NCBI GenBank assembly: GCA_964019335.1
Contig: OZ025648.1
Span: forward strand, 496,001 to 560,000
Length of the DNA: 64,000 nucleotides
Reading direction: 5' to 3'
Source: Diplonema japonicum
Lineage: Eukaryota; Protista; Euglenozoa: Diplonemea
Each line of letters opens with the position of its first letter. Position 1 is the stretch's first letter. Position numbers and translations under genes: made by a program. This document shows positions 55,800-64,000 of the stretch, one piece after another. The notes under the pieces were generated by a model that saw only the letters and a program-made list of their open reading frames with translations, was not told where the DNA came from and did not search any database.

Positions 55800-56579
55800 T
55801 CAGGATACCGTTTTGACACTAATATACTCCTTGTATTCGATGGTGTCGAAAACAGAGAGGGAAAAAACGGAAATCGACCGTATTTCGAACGAAAACGTGT
55901 CCTTGTCCTTGGGCGTGTGCGTGACAAGCGGCGGGTTGGCGAAGGTGGGGCAGGCCGCCGTGGTACCACCCTGCAGGTTAGGCGCTATATAGAGCGCATT
56001 AACTGTGGGCGAGGAGTCTACAGGACCGCCAAAGTATATCGCTCCAGACGAGGCCACGTGGATGTAAGAATTGTTCTCGCCTGCCGAGAGGTAGGAGTGT
56101 AGCTGGTTCGTCTCACGGCATATATTAAACAGAAATGTCTCACCCGAGCCATAGAAGGAATCTGTCTTTTTGTAGCCATCTGTCGTAAAAGCACCAAATA
56201 TATTGTCGGCAGAGTCTCGTACAACTAGGATAGACTCCTTCACCTTTTCTACAGTTTTGAAAAACACCTTTGGGGAAAACCCGTTTCTTGCACTGTTGTA
56301 GACCTCCTCCCATGAGCTTCTTTTGAACCTTGGAGGCAGTGCCGCAGACACTCTTTTGCAGTCTTCTTCACATATTGTCTTTTCTGCGTCCACGCCCTTC
56401 ACCATATTCATTCTGTCGAAGTCGTTCACCTCTACGAGTTTCAGCCGCTCGCCTTCTTCCTTGCAAACCTCGATCAGCTGGAACTCATCTTCTTTCTCAG
56501 CACCCCGCTTCGGTGGCCGTGTCTTGGCCTCGTCGTCTTGCGTGCATAAACATGAAAAATCCGCTACCAGCGACACCAT
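55800..56579 (-). CDS. TLDc-domain protein (OXR1/NCOA7-like), 259 aa
   Basis: LPPRF..WEEVYNSARNGFS, IFGAFT, FYGSGETFLF, ACPTFANPPL. Confidence 0.92.
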   Translation of the reverse strand: MVSLVADFSCLCTQDDEAKTRPPKRGAEKEDEFQLIEVCKEEGERLKLVEVNDFDRMNMVKGVDAEKTICEEDCKRVSAALPPRFKRSSWEEVYNSARNGFSPKVFFKTVEKVKESILVVRDSADNIFGAFTTDGYKKTDSFYGSGETFLFNICRETNQLHSYLSAGENNSYIHVASSGAIYFGGPVDSSPTVNALYIAPNLQGGTTAACPTFANPPLVTHTPKDKDTFSFEIRSISVFSLSVFDTIEYKEYISVKTVS

Positions 56580-56788
56580 TTTATATTTTCCTTTTTTTTT
56601 TTTTTTTTTCTTGATAACATTTTTTTTTTTTTAGTAGAAAAACGGATGGAGGGGGGAAAAAAAAAGGTTTTTTTTTATTATGAGTTTAAAGGAGCTCTTT
56701 ATGAGACGCCCCCTTTAAATAAATAAAAAAAAGAATAATTATTTATGACTATATGTCTTTGTTGTTCGCAAGAGCAAAAAAAAAAAAA

Positions 56789-56840
<52 letters not shown>

Positions 56841-57240
56841 CGGTACAAGTTGCATATAGTTATAAAATCATTTTTTTTCTTTTGAAAGATAAATATTTGT
56901 ATAAAAGAGGCGGCGGCAGATTTTTTTTTTGTTCGTGCATCTACTTTTTTTCGTTTAAAAAAAAAGGGGGGGTTTTCTGTTTGAACTGTCTACATCATCA
57001 GGGACCCGCTTTTCAAGGGCACCCGATGCAAGGGGTGGGGTGGGGGGGGGAGAAAAAAAGAAGTTGGTTTTAGTTATTGCGTTTTTGTGCACAGCCAAAA
57101 GAAAAGAAAAAGATGGAAATATATAAAAAGGCGGAAGGCGGCAAAAGAAAAGAAAGAAGAAAAAAAAAATGCCCAGGCTCTAAAACAAGACAGTGGTCTG
57201 GAGGCAGAAGAAATCACGATGTTGATGGAGGGCCAAGAAG

Positions 57241-57271
<31 letters not shown>

Positions 57272-58629
57272 GAATAGAAAGGAGTCAAAGTGCTAAACAT
57301 AACACACGAGCACCATGCATTTTTTGTTTTTGTTTTTTTTTTTGTTTTATCACAGCCTGCAACATGGGCGGGAAAAAAAAGGGGGGGGAAGAAAAAAAGA
57401 AAATAACGCGTGTGTACTGAACCAAAGCAGAAAGGAACTAAAAAAGCCGGAAGGGAAATGAAAGGGAAAACAGGGGATAGGGGAGATAATCGTTGCCTCT
57501 CTTTCCAAAGAGAAGAATAGAATTTTTTTTTTTTTTATTTAGGTATAATAAATTGTCGCAGTTATGCAGGGCAAACCAAGAAATTGCTCTCCTCGAGTAC
57601 CCATTATTAAATGTTTTCGTGGTACTTCTTTTTTTTTTTTTTCTGGGTGAGTTGCAAAGAAAGGAAGAAGAAACAGGGGAAAGAAAGGAGTTACTTTTTT
57701 TTTAGGGACAAGATTTTTAACACAACTAATAGGCTGGCCAACTATACGTCTCGCGGCAGGGAGGTATTTTATCTAGATACACCCCTCGCTCGGGAGGTGT
57801 TGTCACCGCCTGGGGTTTTTCAATATTTCTCCCTTTTTTTTTTTCTTTTTTTTTTTTTTTCCTCTCCTCTCATCTGTTTTTACCGTGGCATCATCTCCCG
57901 TCATTAAAAAAAAAAAAAAAGCTTCATATCTCTAAAGATCGACTAACTTTGTTTGCAATGTCAAACAAACGATATGAAATATAAGAGGAGGCCAGTGTTG
58001 GCGGCGCTCTGCACAAAAACTGTCTGTGCGCAAAATTCGGCGCTCGCTGCCCCTGAGCATCTGCAATACGTTCTTCCACTCGGGCGCTACCAGTGACCGA
58101 CGAGGAGGTCAACAGCGAACAACACATCTGATGTACTTCTTTATATTCCTTGTTCTCCCCACCTCCTTAAACACTGATAACAAATATGAACAGATATGAA
58201 AAAAAAAGGGGGGTGGGTGAAACGGGCCATCTAAGTTCATTCTCCGTCATTGTTGGAAAATAGCAAATTTAATTCTTTTTTTCTTTCTTTCTTTCGCACG
58301 TGGGTTGTTCTACGCAAATGACGTAATCAAAATTGGTAAAAAGGAGCGCCCTTAGAATTTATCTATTACCGAAACAATGAGAGGGGGGTGATGAACTCAG
58401 ATGGCTTCCGTTCAAAAATAATACGCAAGAAGAAGAAAGAAAAAAAAAAGAAGAAGAGATTATGTGGGCGTAATAATTCCATTTATTCCATGGAATATTT
58501 AGAATAAAAAAAATAAAAATAAAATAAAAAGGACGGGCAGATGAACAAGACGGAAAATTCTTTCTTTCCTTCTTCAATAAAAAAAAAAAAAAAAAAAAAA
58601 AAAAAGAGAGACATTTAAAAAAAAATCGC

Positions 58630-59301
58630 TCAAACTTCCTCCTCCGGCACAACATTGATACCTACATCATTTTGCCGACATGCATCGGTCTCACCCAAAC
58701 GGATTTTATTCACGAAACTTTGGATGGGGTTCTTACAAACGGGGCAATCAGGGGGCATATCCTCCTGATGGGGGAAGAGATGCAAACACGGGTAAGCCAG
58801 AGTGTGCACAGCCCCCAAGGAAGAATCAAGAGGAGGCTTGATGGAAGAGTGCGCAACACAACTCACAGCAAAACCCCTACATATAGGACACCGCGAGTCC
58901 GTGGCTAGGTACCGGGAGCAGTAGACACAGAGGGAGTGCCCGCATTTTATCAAAATAGCCCCCGGTTTACGTGCGGGGGTTGAGGGCCGGTACTTGCTTG
59001 GGAAATCGATTTTATCCAAGCAAATAGGGCATTCTAACCCCTGGTTTTCTGATTCTTGTGGGTCGGCCCACTCGTCCTCACGTACGTCGGGTATACTCGG
59101 CAGTTCGGACTCTGCAAGTCCTATTTTCCCTCCAGATGTTTCGTCGCCCCCATATGGTTCCCGCCCTTCCCCACCAGCTGCCTGCCCGGGCACAAGGTGC
59201 TCTATCAGCTTCCGAATACCAAGCACCATCAGTATGATCAAAACAAGCACCAGCGAGATCATGAATACCACATCAGTGGTCACATCGTCGACGGTCGTCA
59301 T
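58630..59301 (-). CDS. Membrane-anchored RING-finger protein (223 aa), putative E3 ligase
   Basis: Start MTTVDD; N-terminal TM; CPIC...CGHSLCVYC...CPICR (RING-HC); second degenerate RING-like PCLH...CPVC. Confidence 0.85.
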   Translation of the reverse strand: MTTVDDVTTDVVFMISLVLVLIILMVLGIRKLIEHLVPGQAAGGEGREPYGGDETSGGKIGLAESELPSIPDVREDEWADPQESENQGLECPICLDKIDFPSKYRPSTPARKPGAILIKCGHSLCVYCSRYLATDSRCPICRGFAVSCVAHSSIKPPLDSSLGAVHTLAYPCLHLFPHQEDMPPDCPVCKNPIQSFVNKIRLGETDACRQNDVGINVVPEEEV

Positions 59302-59344
59302 TCTCTTTTTTTTTCTTTTTTTTTCCCCCGCTCCCCCGCCCCTC

Positions 59345-59386
<42 letters not shown>

Positions 59387-59645
59387 CAAATGCTGTCAAT
59401 AAAAAAAGAAACACTTTTTTTTTTAAAAAAAGATTCTCCACTGGTTGGGGCCGGGAGGGGCATGTTTATAAAACGTGGAAAAAAAAATAAAAAAACAAGA
59501 GGTAATACTCAAAAACCTATCAGGGAATGAGGGGGGGGGGGGGGGGGGGGGTGGCAGTTCAAAAGAAGAAAAAAAAGGGAGGGGTAAAAAAAAAACCCCC
59601 CATTCTGTATTTTTTAAAAAAATTATTTTATACCCTCCCTTCCTC

Positions 59646-62600
59646 TCAACGGTCAGCGAGGAAGTCAGCCAGCCCCCCATGGTCGGCAGGACGATGCTGG
59701 GGGGTTGTACCATGGGTGGGATGATCTGCATGAAATTTCGCGCCCAGACGTGGGTAGTCCGCCCCCGCCCGCTTACCAGTAGGCTCCACCTTGAAGAGTC
59801 CCATAGGATTAGTGAGCCATAAAGTGACGGCCTGACCTTGCCCGTAAGTAGATTCGTCCCACAGTGCTGTAGGGAGGTCTTCGTCGAAGGTTCGCGAGCA
59901 CCACGACTTCGGGAAACACCTGACCTCATCCGGTTTAGGTTCCTTATCTTTAGTAGTGCATATGTCCCCTAAGGATATGAAGTGCTCATTGGGTGCAACG
60001 GGCCTCCACACGTATAAGGGTTTTGTTTCGCTGCGAAGGCAGAACTGCAGCGTGTAGCTGACAGGGTGGGGGAAGACCTTGTCAATCCATCTTCCAAGGT
60101 CCCCTGAGCTCAGCATGTTCCCATCTACTATCGAGTACGTCAGAATGGGTTGCTTGTCCTTGGACGTGGGCTCCTTGAAGTACGGCCTTGCGTAGTGTCC
60201 GAAGATCAGCCGCCTCCCGCCTGCCATCTTCCCCATGAAGCCAGTTGTCTTTGGTACCCACACGGACAGCGGCTTCTCGCACAACGTCCCCTTCGAGGAC
60301 CACACACACTTGAAGGACTTGTGGCGTCTCGTCTCCACCTCAAACCTCCCTCTGCCTTCTAAGATTCTCGGTGGTACCATTATTACTTCTTCTTTCTTCT
60401 GTCCGCCTGGTAGTGGTTGGTCTTCTCTCTGCTGCAAAGCACTGTCCGCCAGCCCGCCATGTATCTCGACGTCTCCGAACCTGTTCTTGAACTCCTCCAG
60501 GGATATCTTTCCGTCTTTGTTCTCGTCGAGTGCCTTGAACACGTGTTCCATCTGCTCGTTTGAGACCTGGATCCCCAACCAATGCAGCCCCTCAAGCAGC
60601 TCCGGTTTCAACAACAGGTTGTTGCGGTCGGTGTCCATCAGTGCGAACAGGTCCGCCGGCCATAGCCTCCTTGCCGCCATTGCCGTTTTCACACGCAGCA
60701 AGATGGTCTTTGTTGCAATGTTCGTGTACTCGTCGGAGGTTACAAAGAGCTCCACGACAGGCAGGTCCTGCCATGGCTTCATCTTACGGCGCCTGCAGTC
60801 CCGTACGTGGACCCACCAGTCCCTTCGTGCGTTGCACTTGGTGTCCTGCAGACAGCGGAGGGCCCATGACAGGCTGTTCTCAGCCCATCCCGAATCGGAA
60901 TTCAAAAACCTCATACAGGCCTCGGCGGCATGCCCCTGACCCGACCCTGCCGGCTGCTCCACATGCCACTCGCTCTTGTCGAACATGAGGTCGCCGCCCA
61001 TCAAGTCGCGCATCGGTGTGCCCAGCAGCGCCACACTCCCCCCGACCCTAGGGAAGGCAGCACGCAGGTGCTCCGCTTCTGCTAATGACAGCACGACGAA
61101 GTACCTTCCTTGCTGCATCTGGAAGAATGCCTGGTTGCTCACAGCATTCATCACGGACTGCAGCGTCCCGTCACCCACCTGCTTTACAATGGCTGCCACC
61201 TGCCCTTCATCTTTGATGTCCAAGGTCAACAGCAGTTCCTTAATCTCGTCACCCGAGATGGTCCCTGTGCCTTGTGTGTCAAGCATGTCGAATGCAGTCT
61301 TCAAAGACTCCTTATGTGCGTCACTCAACAATGCCTTGTGCTGGTAGATGGACAGCGAAGAGGGATCGGGCACCCACTCCATGGCGCAGATCACGTTCTT
61401 CAATCTGCGCAAGCTCCTCCAGCGCCACTTTTGCTTGTAGTAGTTTTCAGAGACAAGCATGTAAGGGGGGAAATCGATAGTAGGCGAGGCCTTGTTGAGG
61501 ACCCCGCGGTGCACCGAGAAGTTCTTCAGGGGGTAGAAGAAGTCGACGTCTGTCTGCGAGAGCTTCGCAAGGGGCCAACCCATCTGCGACTCCTCTTGGC
61601 GTTCGTACTTCTGTGTAGCGGCGTTGTCGGGGATGGCATCCACTTCCACTTCGAGCTCCACTTCTTGTTCTTGTTCCTGTTCTTGCTCCTGTTCTTGTTC
61701 CTGCTCTTGTTCTTGTTCTTGTTCTTGGACTTGTTCTTGTTCGTACTTAAGCTCACCTGTAACCTTAGTGCCTGCAAGTGTGCCCTTCCGCACGGTTTCG
61801 ATGATGGACTCGCACACCCTTTCGCCATCGCCGTCGCTCTCCTTGTTGAGCCATGCTGCGTATTGGGTCATCTCGCGACGCATGAGATCTTCTATAGGCG
61901 GATTGGAGTCCTCCATCAGCTGGTTGGGAACGTTGAAGTTCACCACATCACGAAGCACACGCAGGGCATCCGCCGCTTCGATGGACTCGCCCTTGGACCT
62001 TTGAAGGTGCGAAAGTGCCGCGTGGCGCCATATTGTGCGCAGCGACTGCTGGCAAAGCAGCTGCAACTGATGCTTCTCGATATTCAACGTATTCTGCACC
62101 AGCCACAAGATAATTTCCATTTGAGGTGACACAGCTACTTCATTCTTTACAGACTTGCTGACCATTGCCGCTACAGACGGCGGCACCAGGAGCTGGATGC
62201 ATTGTCCTTTCCCAATGCCACGCATTCTGAAGGCACCCTGTGCAGCGTCCCTGAAGACCATGTCCTTGCTCAGCGTCATAGCGGCTATGCACGACAGCGG
62301 TTGCTTGATGTCCATCCCCGTGGTGTGGATGTGGTCATAGAAGGTGAAACGTTCCTCGGGAGCGAGACCACACTGCTGAAGGGTCATGCTGTGCATGCCC
62401 TGCCTGATGAGCACCATCCTGACACCGTCCTTCGTCATGTAGACGACACCCCGGAAGGAGGGAAGGCCGTATTCGAGAAGCCAACGGGCGACTTCGTAGT
62501 TTGTCATGCCTGTGATGAGGGCCCCCGTGTCAATTAGCGTTGTTGCATCTGAGGTTGCGATGGAGGTGAGAAGGGACTTCGGGTCCCAGCCTTCTTCGAG

Positions 62601-64000
62601 GCGTGTGACGCTGAGCACATTGGGGTCTGTCAGCACGTCGAACACCTTACCGTCATCGCCAGACGCGTAGACGCACTTCCCCATCGACCTGGGGAGGAGG
62701 TCGTTGGGTGTACCACTGAAACCCAGACGCACAGCAGCCAAAGGCTTGCCGGCCAGCTCCTGAGCAGAGGCTGTCAGCTGCTGTGGCGACTTGTCAAGCA
62801 CCTCGGGGAACACCACTTGCGTCAAGAAGTACTTGATCGCATTCTGCGATTTCTCAAGCACACCGAACATAAAGGTCATCTGTTCTGTGTCCATCAAGTC
62901 CAGCACCTCCAACGGCCAGATGCTGGCCTTCATTTCAGCCTCGTCGTCCGCAGCAGGGTCGTACTCGTCTTCCGTTGTCTTGATAAAGCTCTCTGGTGGT
63001 GCGCAGGTGTCCTTCTTGCCGAACAGGAAGGAACTGTCCCAGGAGTAGCCACGCACACGCCCGCCTTCTGCCTTGATCCACGAGACGTACAATTGGCAGT
63101 GCTTGCGCTGGTGGTGCGGGCGGCCGCTCTCTTCCTTCATTTCCGCCTTCATGAACTTGATGAGATCGACGAAGTTGTCATAGCGTAGCCCTGCCAGCTT
63201 GTACGAGACACACGAGAACCCTATCACCACGTCAGGGTCTTGGAACTCGCTGCTGTCAGCGGGCGTGTCTTTCCCCACGAAAGGTATGGCAAGGAGACGC
63301 CTTGTCTTAGGCATGTGAGGGTCACGAGCAAGGTACTTGTTGAGCTCCTCAGTACCGAGGACACCGTAGGACACACGGTGCACACGAGAGAGGATATGCG
63401 GGAGGAGTGTCTGGCCCCACAACCTGCAGAGGTTGAGGAGCTTGAGATCGCTGTCACGGCAGGACCTGCGGATAGCCTCAGCAACACTGGGGATGAGGGA
63501 CGTGGTAGGTGACGTGAGATAAGTCATGATGTGCTCATTAGGCAGGTCGCAGCACGCACCGTGGTGTCGTATCCAGATGAGCATCCACTTAGAAATGGGT
63601 TGCAGCAGCCAATAGGTGTAGTACTGCTTCGAGACAAGCGCAATGTGTGGGATGTCCTGAATGGCATGGTTCTGGACTCCTTCACGTATCTTCTGGTTTA
63701 GCTCTTCAATTGCCACTCTCGCCTCTTTCACATCGTCGAACATGCCCGCCTCACCTGAGTAGAACACGTCCAGCAGCTGCCATGGCAAGTTCCACCGCAT
63801 CCCTGTGTCGCTCAAGTCCAGTGGCTTTTTCTCCCCTAGCGGCCAGTTCAGCTCACTCTTCAAGGGGTGCAGCAACAAATCGATTTCGTCCATCAAGATA
63901 ACGCCCTTCTGGAAGCACTGCAGCACATCCTTCACGATAGTGATCTCCTCATTGATCACTACTTTGTCCTGCTTCGTCAGAGTCTTTGATTTCGATTTCC
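59646..64000 (-). CDS. Large DUF3638/DUF3645-type protein with EF-hands and C-terminal Vps62-like domain (5' end beyond window)
   Basis: ILMDEIDLLLHP, LLAIPFVGKDTPADSSEFQDPDV, GFSGT, LIDTGALITG, QGAFRMR, (EQ)n tract; EF-hands DTQGTGTISGDE, DTDRNNLLLKPE, DENKDGKISLEE; VWRPVAP..FISLGD..EP...VRC. Confidence 0.88.
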   Translation of the reverse strand, partial: KSKSKTLTKQDKVVINEEITIVKDVLQCFQKGVILMDEIDLLLHPLKSELNWPLGEKKPLDLSDTGMRWNLPWQLLDVFYSGEAGMFDDVKEARVAIEELNQKIREGVQNHAIQDIPHIALVSKQYYTYWLLQPISKWMLIWIRHHGACCDLPNEHIMTYLTSPTTSLIPSVAEAIRRSCRDSDLKLLNLCRLWGQTLLPHILSRVHRVSYGVLGTEELNKYLARDPHMPKTRRLLAIPFVGKDTPADSSEFQDPDVVIGFSCVSYKLAGLRYDNFVDLIKFMKAEMKEESGRPHHQRKHCQLYVSWIKAEGGRVRGYSWDSSFLFGKKDTCAPPESFIKTTEDEYDPAADDEAEMKASIWPLEVLDLMDTEQMTFMFGVLEKSQNAIKYFLTQVVFPEVLDKSPQQLTASAQELAGKPLAAVRLGFSGTPNDLLPRSMGKCVYASGDDGKVFDVLTDPNVLSVTRLEEGWDPKSLLTSIATSDATTLIDTGALITGMTNYEVARWLLEYGLPSFRGVVYMTKDGVRMVLIRQGMHSMTLQQCGLAPEERFTFYDHIHTTGMDIKQPLSCIAAMTLSKDMVFRDAAQGAFRMRGIGKGQCIQLLVPPSVAAMVSKSVKNEVAVSPQMEIILWLVQNTLNIEKHQLQLLCQQSLRTIWRHAALSHLQRSKGESIEAADALRVLRDVVNFNVPNQLMEDSNPPIEDLMRREMTQYAAWLNKESDGDGERVCESIIETVRKGTLAGTKVTGELKYEQEQVQEQEQEQEQEQEQEQEQEQEQEVELEVEVDAIPDNAATQKYERQEESQMGWPLAKLSQTDVDFFYPLKNFSVHRGVLNKASPTIDFPPYMLVSENYYKQKWRWRSLRRLKNVICAMEWVPDPSSLSIYQHKALLSDAHKESLKTAFDMLDTQGTGTISGDEIKELLLTLDIKDEGQVAAIVKQVGDGTLQSVMNAVSNQAFFQMQQGRYFVVLSLAEAEHLRAAFPRVGGSVALLGTPMRDLMGGDLMFDKSEWHVEQPAGSGQGHAAEACMRFLNSDSGWAENSLSWALRCLQDTKCNARRDWWVHVRDCRRRKMKPWQDLPVVELFVTSDEYTNIATKTILLRVKTAMAARRLWPADLFALMDTDRNNLLLKPELLEGLHWLGIQVSNEQMEHVFKALDENKDGKISLEEFKNRFGDVEIHGGLADSALQQREDQPLPGGQKKEEVIMVPPRILEGRGRFEVETRRHKSFKCVWSSKGTLCEKPLSVWVPKTTGFMGKMAGGRRLIFGHYARPYFKEPTSKDKQPILTYSIVDGNMLSSGDLGRWIDKVFPHPVSYTLQFCLRSETKPLYVWRPVAPNEHFISLGDICTTKDKEPKPDEVRCFPKSWCSRTFDEDLPTALWDESTYGQGQAVTLWLTNPMGLFKVEPTGKRAGADYPRLGAKFHADHPTHGTTPQHRPADHGGLADFLADR

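Noticed and set aside
57727-58140. Possible small spliced minus-strand gene (MTGDDAT|AVTTPPERG...) and adjacent 67-aa ORF
   Set aside because: Products are very short with no recognisable motif; insufficient support without RNA data.
267-64000. Non-canonical (non GT-AG) introns or stop-codon reassignment
   Set aside because: All reconstructed junctions fit GT-AG, and conserved genes end at standard TAA/TAG/TGA with no in-frame stops after splicing.

Overview
Eukaryotic nuclear DNA, most plausibly from a euglenozoan such as a diplonemid (inferred from gene organisation, not proven). All 27 supportable protein genes lie on the minus strand as one unidirectional cluster. Unlike trypanosomatid genes, many carry short (39-96 nt) GT-AG cis-introns, and I reconstructed 22 by hand. 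Recognisable genes: LRR protein, IMPACT/YigZ, Mpv17/PMP22, ELAV-like RRM, SDR epimerase, small PPR-like protein, Pta-N/DRTGG protein, ATG9, Rab11, MFS transporter, CSN6, NT-C2/CaaX protein, canonical 8-repeat Pumilio, a ~3,600 aa surface protein, TLDc, RING, and a DUF3638/DUF3645-EF-hand-Vps62-like protein. Non-coding DNA is dominated by homopolymer runs. Highlights: (1) an 8-copy array of a 62-nt structured unit (20295-21023) with stem covariation and conservation ending exactly at an AGA triplet, a candidate AGA-box (H/ACA-like) guide RNA cluster rather than CRISPR; (2) half of the introns have poly(A)/purine tracts where a polypyrimidine tract is expected; (3) a piggyBac-like element carrying a GC-rich Cys-repeat gene fragment; (4) a pogo-like element whose subterminal blocks are direct rather than inverted; (5) fold-back/MITE elements, one with convergent tRNA-like Pol III cassettes; (6) a tandem pair of unknown Val/His-rich microproteins. 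All gene models and family calls come from reading the sequence; no database searches were run.
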